Shown here: one piece after another, positions 44,916 through 52,111 of the stretch | How the letters are laid out: every line of letters begins with the position of its first letter | Position numbering within the stretch: the first letter of the stretch is position 1 | Assembly (NCBI GenBank): GCA_964576135.1 | Contig: CAZNTZ010000003.1 | Location: 1-52,111 of the forward strand | DNA length: 52,111 nucleotides | From: an uncultured Muribaculaceae bacterium | GTDB lineage: Bacteria > Pseudomonadota > Alphaproteobacteria > Rs-D84 | Reading direction: 5' to 3' | The notes under the pieces: model-generated | Told to the model about the DNA's origin: nothing | Seen by the model: the letters and a program-made list of their open reading frames with translations, nothing else | The model's database searches: none | Made by a program: the position numbers and the translations under genes

Positions 44916-46129
44916 CATTCAAAGATATTTTGAAAGAATCGTGGTTATCTATATCGGGGAATAAAGTCCGATCAGTTCTAACTATACTTGGTATTATTAT
45001 CGGTGTTATGGCTGTTGTGATTATGGTAGCCGTGGGTGAAACAGTTCAAAAACAAATTGATGACCAATTTTCATCACTTGGGACAAATACAATAATGATT
45101 CGTGCAGGTGCTGCACAAAGTGCCGGTATTCGCCAAGGTAATCGACAGACACTTACATTTCAAGATTCTGATGCAATCGGAAAACTTGGTGATGTTATGG
45201 CGGTAAGCCCGGTTCAAAACAGTGCTGCGCAAATAATTTATGGTAATAAAAACTGGTCAACAAGTTTGGTTGGATCTTATCCAGATTATGCAATAATTCA
45301 AAGTATAGATCTGGAAAAGGGAATGTTTTTTGATCAATCAGCACTTCGAAATGGTGCAACCTATGCGGTGATTGGGCCAAAAGTTGCCAAAGAACTTGAA
45401 ATGCCAGAAGATCCTATAGGGCAAGTTATAAGAATTCAAAATATGCCATTTGTTATTATTGGTCTCACGCGTGAGCGTGGCGAGTCCATGGGTAATAACC
45501 AAGATGATATGGTAATAATACCGATAACTACGTTAAAGAAAAGAATGCATGGCGGACGTTTTCCAGATTCTGTACCCATGATTACGCTCAAACTTTATCC
45601 GGATGCAGATAATGCGATTGCGGTTGAAACAGTGACACAGTTGCTGCGACAAAATCACAAGTTAAAAGATGGTGCACTTGATGATTTTCAAATTATGAAT
45701 ATGAAGCAAATAATGGAAACAATGGATACAATTACTGGTTTTATGAAGATGTTGTTAATTTCAATTGCCAGTGTTTCACTTTTGGTGGGATCAATTGGTA
45801 TTATGAATATGATGTTGGTTAGTGTTGCAGAGAGAACACGTGAAATCGGTATCAGAAAGGCAATAGGCGCACGTGAAAAACAAATAATTATCCAGTTTTT
45901 ATCAGAATCTATATTGATATCATTCATTGGGTCAATGATTGGTTTGTTTATTGGTGTTGGTCTTGCCCAGGGGGTCGGGCGTTTTATAATGGGTTATGAT
46001 GTTCCAATTTCTTTGTGGTCAGTAATTTTATCAGTCATAGTTGCCATTGTTGTCGGTATATCTTCGGGTGTTTTTCCGGCAATCAAAGCTGCTAAATTAA
46101 ATCCGATTGATTCGTTGCGTCATGAATAA
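44912..46129 (+). CDS. ABC transporter permease, MacB/FtsX type (4 TM plus a periplasmic domain)
   Basis: 405 aa. N-terminal L+.....+..NK+RS.LT.LGI+IGV, a large periplasmic MacB_PCD-like domain, and a C-terminal FtsX domain with ERTREIGIRKA+GA and P...AA+L.P+..L. Confidence 0.9.
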   Translation: MTFKDILKESWLSISGNKVRSVLTILGIIIGVMAVVIMVAVGETVQKQIDDQFSSLGTNTIMIRAGAAQSAGIRQGNRQTLTFQDSDAIGKLGDVMAVSPVQNSAAQIIYGNKNWSTSLVGSYPDYAIIQSIDLEKGMFFDQSALRNGATYAVIGPKVAKELEMPEDPIGQVIRIQNMPFVIIGLTRERGESMGNNQDDMVIIPITTLKKRMHGGRFPDSVPMITLKLYPDADNAIAVETVTQLLRQNHKLKDGALDDFQIMNMKQIMETMDTITGFMKMLLISIASVSLLVGSIGIMNMMLVSVAERTREIGIRKAIGAREKQIIIQFLSESILISFIGSMIGLFIGVGLAQGVGRFIMGYDVPISLWSVILSVIVAIVVGISSGVFPAIKAAKLNPIDSLRHE

Positions 46130-46133
46130 ATCA

Positions 46134-46163
46134 TTGACCCAGTATTGAAAAATTTCCTAAACT
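46134..46163 (+). promoter_or_regulatory. Possible sigma70-like promoter for the autotransporter-like gene
   Basis: TTGACC, an 18-nt spacer, then TAAACT. It ends 10 nt before the ATG at 46173. Confidence 0.3.
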
Positions 46164-46172
46164 TCGCATGTT

Positions 46173-47693
46173 ATGAAAAAAATCCTTGGTATCTGTGTAG
46201 GAGCAGTACTTTCAGGACTTGCTACGGCCTCCGTCGCAGGTGATTTGGTCGTCTCTAAAGATAAAGTTATTGATACCCCTGAAACAATCTCTTTTGATAG
46301 CGGTGTTATTCAAAATTTTGGGGTAATAAACAGTGGTATTTTTATCAATCCTGGAAATATGGTTCAAATTCAAAATGCTGGGGAAATAAATGGTTCTGTT
46401 GATATATATAAGTCCACTACGTATTTAACCCAGGTCGTATATGGCCCAGCAGATATGAATTTTATCAATGTAAATAATTATGATTCTGACGGTTATGCGC
46501 ATTTTAATATTATGGCCCAAAGTGCATCAGGTGTCGATTTTGGTGGGCTAGAATTGCTTTCTGGTGGACGTGCGGAAAAAATAATTATCAAAGATTCTAT
46601 AATAACTTTTGATTTGTCCGCAGCGCCCAGCAATACTTTTACAGAATTTCAAGGCGAGAATGTTTTGTTTATTAAAAATGCTGAACCGGGAAATTTCTTA
46701 TTACTCAGTAATGCTAGTATAGATTCAGGTGGTTCTGTTATTGCGCGTACGGATCAGTTGGGTTTATACGTTCCAGAAACGACATTTGATAATGGAAAAT
46801 TGTACCTCAATATTGTTCGTGATTATGATTATCAAAAAATTATTGGGTCAGATTTTGGGACAAAAATAAATATAATTCGTGCAAGTGATCCAAGTAACAG
46901 AACTGTTAACGCTCTTGATTCTGCTAAAACTCAATCGGACATAGATAGAATTATCAAAAACTCTGCAATGTTTACACCGATAAATTTAACCAAAGATCTT
47001 GAAATAATAAACAAATTATACAATCTGGGAAACGGGGTCGGTGATATTTCTATGACTGGCAGAGCCAGCTATGTAACAGGACCCAATGTCAAAGCCGAGA
47101 TTGGAGAGTTTGGAACAAGTTTCATTTTCCAGGATATAGAGTTGTCTGTTTCAGGAATGTTAGGGAAAATTGAACATAATTCAGATTATGATGAATATTC
47201 TGCATTTGTTTATGGTGGTGCAATAGATACAAAATACAATTTCAAACCAATGTGGCTGGCTTTGGGTGGGGCATATACCATTGCCCAGTTTGAAACAGGT
47301 GTAATATTTGAAGGTGAAAATGAAACAAGAAATCCAAATGGATCGAGTCTGTTTAATTATATAGAAATTGGTTCTCGTTTTGGGTTTGATGAATTTTATA
47401 TTGAACCATCTGTTGGTGCAGGATTTATACATTCCGATGTTTTAAGTTATACAAAACAAGATTTATTTGAGAAATCTAAACTTGTAATTGGCACAAAATA
47501 TGATGATAACGATGGTTTCAGGTATAATCACGGGGTATTTATAGGTAATACAGGTGATGACATAGTTTTTGGTGCAAATTTCTATATGCAGAGCATAGAA
47601 GATGTTGCAAAGGTTGGTTTTGTTTATACCGGTTTGAACACAGATCACAGAATTTATCATAAACTTGGGATTGAATTTTCCGCAGAATTTTAG
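46173..47693 (+). CDS. Autotransporter-like outer membrane protein (about 230-aa passenger plus C-terminal beta-barrel)
   Basis: Signal peptide MKKILGICVGAVLSGLATASVAG. The C-terminal ~250 aa show an alternating amphipathic beta-strand pattern and end in an aromatic residue (...GIEFSAEF). A helical linker lies around DIDRIIKNSAMF. Confidence 0.6.
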   Translation: MKKILGICVGAVLSGLATASVAGDLVVSKDKVIDTPETISFDSGVIQNFGVINSGIFINPGNMVQIQNAGEINGSVDIYKSTTYLTQVVYGPADMNFINVNNYDSDGYAHFNIMAQSASGVDFGGLELLSGGRAEKIIIKDSIITFDLSAAPSNTFTEFQGENVLFIKNAEPGNFLLLSNASIDSGGSVIARTDQLGLYVPETTFDNGKLYLNIVRDYDYQKIIGSDFGTKINIIRASDPSNRTVNALDSAKTQSDIDRIIKNSAMFTPINLTKDLEIINKLYNLGNGVGDISMTGRASYVTGPNVKAEIGEFGTSFIFQDIELSVSGMLGKIEHNSDYDEYSAFVYGGAIDTKYNFKPMWLALGGAYTIAQFETGVIFEGENETRNPNGSSLFNYIEIGSRFGFDEFYIEPSVGAGFIHSDVLSYTKQDLFEKSKLVIGTKYDDNDGFRYNHGVFIGNTGDDIVFGANFYMQSIEDVAKVGFVYTGLNTDHRIYHKLGIEFSAEF

Positions 47694-47706
47694 TTTAATA
47701 AGATTC

Positions 47707-48792
47707 GTGATAACAAATATAAATCTTTCTAATTTTAGAAATCATAAACACGGACGCTTATCGGCCGGTGGTCACAGCAATATTATTATTACTGGTCCGA
47801 ATGGCAGCGGTAAAACTGCAGTTTTAGAATCAATTTCTGTATTCAGTTCTGGGGGCGGGTTACGTGGCGCAAATATGTCTGAAATAGCAAATTTTGGTAC
47901 GGATAGTTTTTCTGTAAAACTTGATTTATCTGATGGTACAGAACTGTCTGCAATATGGAACGGAGAAGCGCATCGCAAGATTCGAATTGATGGAGATGCC
48001 GCTGCATTATCTGATTTGCCGTCACATTTACCGCTTGTGTGGTTAACCCCAAAAGAAGATAGAATTTTTATTGATGCTGCATCGGATAGACGCATTTTTT
48101 TTGATCGTTTGGTTTCGGCATTTAACCCATCGCATGCCGGTCGTGTTGCACGGCTTAATAAACTATTATCCGAAAGAGCATTTGCGCTTAAAAACGGTTC
48201 AAATAATGCATGGTTAACCCCGATAGAATTAAATATAGCCCAGATTGCGGCAAGTATTGCCAGTGCACGTATCAAATATGCCAGTGAAATAAATTACATT
48301 CTTTCCAATGAATCCAGGATAAATAGTTTTGAATCACAACTTAGCCTGGCTGGTTGGTTTGAATCACGCATCACTGCTGGAATATCATCAAGTGACATTG
48401 AAAACGAGTATATTTCTTACCTTGCACAAAATCGGGACCTGGTTTCAGACAAAATGGTAATTGATGGTGCGCATAAATCAGATTTTGGTATGTTTTCGAA
48501 TAAACTTAGCCTGCCGATTACATTGGCCAGCACTGGGCAACAAAAAATGGCTCTGCTTGGACTTATTCTTGCCCATTCACGCTTAGTTTATTCGTCAATT
48601 GGTAAGACGCCCATAATTTTGCTTGATGAAGCAGTGGCCCATTTAGATGAATCTGCGCGACTCGCTTTGTTTTCATCTTTGTCAGAATCACATGCTCAGG
48701 TTTGGGCAACTGGTATAGATGAATCAGTTTTTGCATGTGTGCCAGATGCACAATTTGTGTCTTGCGATAACGGACAAATTATGCAAACATAG
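47707..48792 (+). CDS. recF: DNA replication and repair protein RecF
   Basis: L.NFRNH, Walker A GPNGSGKTAVLE, signature STGQQKMALLGL, and Walker B ILLDEAVAHLD. I prefer the GTG at 47707 (M-ITNINLSNFRN). The TTG at 47665 would overlap the upstream gene by 29 nt. Confidence 0.85.
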   Translation: MITNINLSNFRNHKHGRLSAGGHSNIIITGPNGSGKTAVLESISVFSSGGGLRGANMSEIANFGTDSFSVKLDLSDGTELSAIWNGEAHRKIRIDGDAAALSDLPSHLPLVWLTPKEDRIFIDAASDRRIFFDRLVSAFNPSHAGRVARLNKLLSERAFALKNGSNNAWLTPIELNIAQIAASIASARIKYASEINYILSNESRINSFESQLSLAGWFESRITAGISSSDIENEYISYLAQNRDLVSDKMVIDGAHKSDFGMFSNKLSLPITLASTGQQKMALLGLILAHSRLVYSSIGKTPIILLDEAVAHLDESARLALFSSLSESHAQVWATGIDESVFACVPDAQFVSCDNGQIMQT

Positions 48793-48810
48793 CAGAGGAC
48801 AAGGGTCGGG

Positions 48811-49272
48811 ATGAAAAATATAGATTATCAAAACTTACTTGAAAGAGCGCTTAAAAACGTCGTCAAAGAGGCTCTGCGTTATGCACAAGTTAATGGACTT
48901 GGTGATAATTCTCATTTTTATTTAACTTTTAAAACACGCGATCCGGGTGTTGTTATTCCAGAGTTTTTGAAATTACGTTATCCAGAAATGATGACGATAG
49001 TTTTACAATATACATTCACAAATTTAAACGTATCCGAAGAAGAATTTGGGGTTCAACTGACATTTGATGGTCGCCCGTTTTATATACGCGTGCCTTATGC
49101 TGCATTGGTTGAATTCAAAGATCCATCAAGTGACTTTATTTTACAATTTCACCCGCATGCGAACCGCGACGCCGGTAATGACTTGGAATTACCACTCGAA
49201 GAAAAAGGTGGCTCAGACGAGAATAGGGTTGTAGATTTAGAAGAATTTAGAAAAAAGAAAAAAACAGAATAA
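48811..49272 (+). CDS. sspB: ClpXP adaptor SspB (alphaproteobacterial type)
   Basis: HFYLTF.T...GV.+P..L+..YP.EMTIVLQ..F..L.V....F.V.L.F.G, plus a C-terminal tail ending VVDLEEFRKKKK, a ClpX-binding-like tail. 153 aa. Confidence 0.75.
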   Translation: MKNIDYQNLLERALKNVVKEALRYAQVNGLGDNSHFYLTFKTRDPGVVIPEFLKLRYPEMMTIVLQYTFTNLNVSEEEFGVQLTFDGRPFYIRVPYAALVEFKDPSSDFILQFHPHANRDAGNDLELPLEEKGGSDENRVVDLEEFRKKKKTE

Positions 49273-49300
49273 AAAAATGCCGCATTTCGCGGCATTTTTT
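49272..49300. terminator. Bidirectional terminator between the convergent genes sspB and accC
   Basis: AAAAAATGCCGC-ATTTC-GCGGCATTTTTT. Confidence 0.8.
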
Positions 49301-50651
49301 ATTTCTTTTCTTCGGCCAGAAAATGTTCAAGCCAGTGATTGTCAGTATTCAGTGTTCTAACATCTTTGTTTTGCAGCAATTTTTGTTGCAAAGGGATAGT
49401 TGTTTTTACACCTTCGATTGAAAATTCATCCAAAGCGCGAATAGCACGCATAATACAAGAAGGGCGGTTTGGTGCATAAACAATCAGTTTTGCAATCATA
49501 GAATCATAGGTCGGTGGAATTTTATATCCAGCATATGCCGCACTGTCCACGCGAACACCCAAACCACCAGCCGGTGAATATTGTGTGATTGTTCCAGCAT
49601 TTGGAATAAATGTTTCTGGATCTTCGGCGTTGATTCTGAATTCGATTGCATGACCGTTAGGATTCAAATTTGATTGATTGTAACCTAATTTTTCACCGTC
49701 GGCGATACGAATTTGTTCGCTGACCAAATCGATTCCGTAAACCATTTCGGTAACTGGATGTTCAACTTGCAGACGTGTATTCATTTCCAAGAAATAGAAT
49801 TTGCCGTCTTCAAACATGAATTCCAAAGTTCCAGCATTTGTATAGCCAAGTTTTTTCATTGCGCTTTTACATACTTCGATCATGTCATCGCGTTGTTTTT
49901 GCGTCAATGCAGCGGCTGGGCATTCTTCCATCAATTTTTGGTTTTTGCGTTGCAATGAACAATCGCGTTCGCCAACAATTACAACATTACCATGTTTATC
50001 GCCCAATACTTGGAATTCAATATGGCGTGGATGCAGCAATAATTTTTCCATATAAAGTGTGTCATCGCCGAATCCGGCCTTGGCTTCACGTTTGGTCATT
50101 TGAAATGCTTCGGCCATTTCGCCAGCATTCATAACTGGGCGCATACCTTTGCCACCACCACCAGCAGATGCTTTCAGCATAATTGGATATCCGATTTTAT
50201 CGGCCCAAGCAAGTGCATCTTCGAGTGTATCAACAGCCCCATCGGAACCAGGAACAACTGGCAAACCACATTCTATTGCAGTCTTTTTAGCGGCAACCTT
50301 GTCCCCCATACGGGAAATCATATCGGCGGTTGGTCCGACCCAAATCAATTTATGCTGTTCAACTTTGCTTACAAAATCGGCGCGTTCGGATAAAAATCCA
50401 TAACCTGGATGGATAGCATCAGCATTTGTAAGCAAAGCAGCAGTTAAAATAGCAGATTCGTTCAAATAAGAATCTTTGGCAGGTGCTGGTCCAATACATA
50501 CTGATTCATCAGCAATTTTTACATGCAGTGCATCACGATCAGCGGTTGAATAGACGGCAACTGTTCTGACCCCCATATCACGACATGCGCGAATAATACG
50601 CAGGGCAATTTCCCCGCGATTCGCAATAAGTATTTTCTTAATGTGTTGCAT
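49299..50651 (-). CDS. accC: Acetyl-CoA carboxylase biotin carboxylase subunit
   Basis: KILIANRGEIALRI, GYGFLSE, an ATP-grasp region, and EMNTRLQVEHPVTE. 450 aa. Confidence 0.95.
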   Translation of the reverse strand: MQHIKKILIANRGEIALRIIRACRDMGVRTVAVYSTADRDALHVKIADESVCIGPAPAKDSYLNESAILTAALLTNADAIHPGYGFLSERADFVSKVEQHKLIWVGPTADMISRMGDKVAAKKTAIECGLPVVPGSDGAVDTLEDALAWADKIGYPIMLKASAGGGGKGMRPVMNAGEMAEAFQMTKREAKAGFGDDTLYMEKLLLHPRHIEFQVLGDKHGNVVIVGERDCSLQRKNQKLMEECPAAALTQKQRDDMIEVCKSAMKKLGYTNAGTLEFMFEDGKFYFLEMNTRLQVEHPVTEMVYGIDLVSEQIRIADGEKLGYNQSNLNPNGHAIEFRINAEDPETFIPNAGTITQYSPAGGLGVRVDSAAYAGYKIPPTYDSMIAKLIVYAPNRPSCIMRAIRALDEFSIEGVKTTIPLQQKLLQNKDVRTLNTDNHWLEHFLAEEKK

Positions 50652-50653
50652 GG

Positions 50654-51130
50654 TTATTCGATTACGACCAATGGTGTGTCAAATTCTACGGCTTCGCCAT
50701 CTTTGATAAGAATTTCTTTGATAACGCCGTCTTTTTCGGATTTGACTGGGTTAAAAGTTTTCATAGCTTCTATCAAGCAGATTGTATCGCCTGCTTTCAC
50801 AGATTTGCCAACTTCGATAAATGGTTTTGCACCAGGTTCAGGTGACAAATATGCCACGCCGACCATCGGTGATTTAACTGCTGGTTTTGCCGCAGCTTTT
50901 GCCGCAGGTGCCGCAACTTCGGATTTAGGAGCCGATATTGCAACCGGTGCTTGCGCGATCGGTGCTGCAAATTGAACCTGTTGTGATTGGGCGGTCATAT
51001 GGGATACTTTGGATAAATGTATGTGACGGCGGAATAATCCAAATACAAGGCTGTTTTCAGCTTCTAATTCAGTTAACCCCATTTTATCCATAAGATTGGA
51101 CATATCTTTTACAGATCTTCTAAGTGACAT
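50654..51130 (-). CDS. accB: Biotin carboxyl carrier protein of acetyl-CoA carboxylase
   Basis: Ala/Pro-rich linker and a biotinyl domain with the EAMK motif (CLIEAMKTFN). Directly upstream of accC. Confidence 0.9.
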   Translation of the reverse strand: MSLRRSVKDMSNLMDKMGLTELEAENSLVFGLFRRHIHLSKVSHMTAQSQQVQFAAPIAQAPVAISAPKSEVAAPAAKAAAKPAVKSPMVGVAYLSPEPGAKPFIEVGKSVKAGDTICLIEAMKTFNPVKSEKDGVIKEILIKDGEAVEFDTPLVVIE

Positions 51131-51195
51131 TTTTTATAATCCTTTGTTATGCTTTTTGTGCACGGAATCGAATTTTACCATAAAGTGGACACTTG

Positions 51196-51411
51196 TCAAG
51201 GGACAGGATCGTAACCCATTCCCCCGCCAGGCCGACAACGCGAAATTCTTTTTATAGCAAGCCATGCACCTTTGAGGGCGCCATGCTTGGAAATTGCCTG
51301 ATGTGCGTATTCAGAACAGGTCGGTGTAAACCTGCAAACAGCGCGTCCACCGGTAATTGGTGAAATCATAGTTTGATATAATTTGATGAGAAATATAAAT
51401 ATATGCTTCAT
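51196..51411 (-). CDS. yidD: Membrane protein insertion efficiency factor YidD
   Basis: CRF.PTCSEYA..A...G...G..L...R+.RC.P. 71 aa. It overlaps the rnpA stop by 4 nt. Confidence 0.9.
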   Translation of the reverse strand: MKHIFIFLIKLYQTMISPITGGRAVCRFTPTCSEYAHQAISKHGALKGAWLAIKRISRCRPGGGMGYDPVP

Positions 51412-51725
51412 AATTTTTTAAGGCATTTTTCAACCGCATGTATGCCTTCTGGTAATTTTGCCTCTAATATTTTATCGCGGGCAATAAATACATAATCTGA
51501 TTCTGGGGACATAAATTTTTCATTCGCGCGAATCCAAACACGTAACAATCGTTTCGCACGGTTACGCTGAACAGCCAGTTTGAAAAACTTTTTTGCAGCA
51601 GTAATTCCGAATCTTGCGTCACCTGGCCACTTGGTTGGACGTGCCTTTACGATAAAAAAATCGCAAACGCAGCTGGGCGCGTCTTTGAAATTAAAACCTT
51701 GATGATTTTTAATAGTTTGTCTCAT
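51408..51725 (-). CDS. rnpA: Ribonuclease P protein component
   Basis: Basic RNR-like motif ([12 protein letters not shown]) and position upstream of yidD. The ORF track starts it at TTG 51761; I used the ATG at 51725. Confidence 0.8.
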   Translation of the reverse strand: MRQTIKNHQGFNFKDAPSCVCDFFIVKARPTKWPGDARFGITAAKKFFKLAVQRNRAKRLLRVWIRANEKFMSPESDYVFIARDKILEAKLPEGIHAVEKCLKKL

Positions 51726-51798
51726 AATGCAAATAATAAAGTATAAACATTGATTTTTCAAATTTAGTTATGTATTCTTTAATACAAAGGAAAAAAAG

Positions 51799-51999
51799 AT
51801 GGAAAAAACAGAAAAAATAGAACTCTCGTTCGAAGAGGCATACAAACAACTTAGTGAATTAGTCAAAAAAATGGAGTCTGGTACCATGCCGTTGGCCGAT
51901 TCGATTAAGGCGTATGATCAAGGAATGAAGTTAAAAGCATATTGCGAACAATTATTAAAAGAAGCCGAAATGCGAATTGAACAATTAAAAGTAAATTAA
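51799..51999 (+). CDS. xseB: Exodeoxyribonuclease VII small subunit
   Basis: [20 protein letters not shown]...L..S+..Y..G..L...C...L..AE.+I..L. 66 aa. Confidence 0.88.
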   Translation: MEKTEKIELSFEEAYKQLSELVKKMESGTMPLADSIKAYDQGMKLKAYCEQLLKEAEMRIEQLKVN

Positions 52000-52001
52000 A
52001 A

Positions 52002-52111
52002 TTGGCTGATAAAAATACTCTTTCCCCAATAATGCAGCAATATCTGGAAATGAAGCGTGAAAATCCAGATGCACTTTTGCTGTTTCGTCTTGGTGATTTT
52101 TACGAAGCATT
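52002..52111 (+). CDS. mutS: DNA mismatch repair protein MutS, N-terminal fragment (runs off the right edge)
   Basis: Manual translation from TTG 52002 gives (M)[35 protein letters not shown]. It matches the MutS N-terminal signature TP.MQQY...K......+L.FR.GDFYE. Confidence 0.85.
   Translation, partial: MADKNTLSPIMQQYLEMKRENPDALLLFRLGDFYEA

Overview
Gene-dense, low-GC chromosomal window (GC looks mid-30s % by eye; I did not compute it). Its hallmarks point to an alphaproteobacterium: a DUF374-lpxK pair, a long alpha-type L36, an alpha-type SspB, and rsmG-parA-parB. The reduced gene set and an orphan virB3-virB4 module suggest a host-associated, Rickettsiales/Holosporales-like lifestyle. That lineage call is inference.

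I can support about 55 protein genes, almost all housekeeping:
- LPS: lpxK and a GT8 transferase.
- Cell shape: mreC-mreD-mrdA-rodA.
- DNA metabolism: topA, dnaG, nth, a family-4 UDG, recF, xseB, mutS, thyA.
- Translation: rpmJ, rpmI, rplT, infC, pheST, ileS, metG, mnmG, rsmG, queH, ychF, rnpA.
- Lipid synthesis: fabD, fabG, accBC, gpsA.
- Partitioning: parAB.

RNA genes are three tRNAs (initiator fMet, Val-GAC, Cys-GCA) plus one decayed tRNA-Val copy. There are many GC-rich hairpin terminators, several of them shared by convergent genes. I saw no rRNA, CRISPR array, IS/transposase, integrase or prophage genes.

The most interesting observations:
1. A textbook-looking leader-peptide attenuator sits upstream of ileS. 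It has a 9-codon ORF (MNKTIIIIR) with four consecutive Ile codons, then a GC hairpin plus U7 run 17 nt before the ileS start.
2. A TolC/MFP/MacB-type ABC efflux locus is split by an opposite-strand thyA. Between its ATPase and permease genes sit two tandem paralogous cytoplasmic proteins of unknown family, closely packed with them (start/stop overlaps at the two junctions with the pump genes).
3. An orphan virB3-virB4 pair is followed, in the position VirB5 normally occupies, by a secreted HExxH-motif protein. It is preceded by four copies of the decamer TTTTCAACAA.
4. Candidate structured leaders lie before rpmI-rplT and pheS.

All functional calls come from motif and family recognition by eye. 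No database searches were run.
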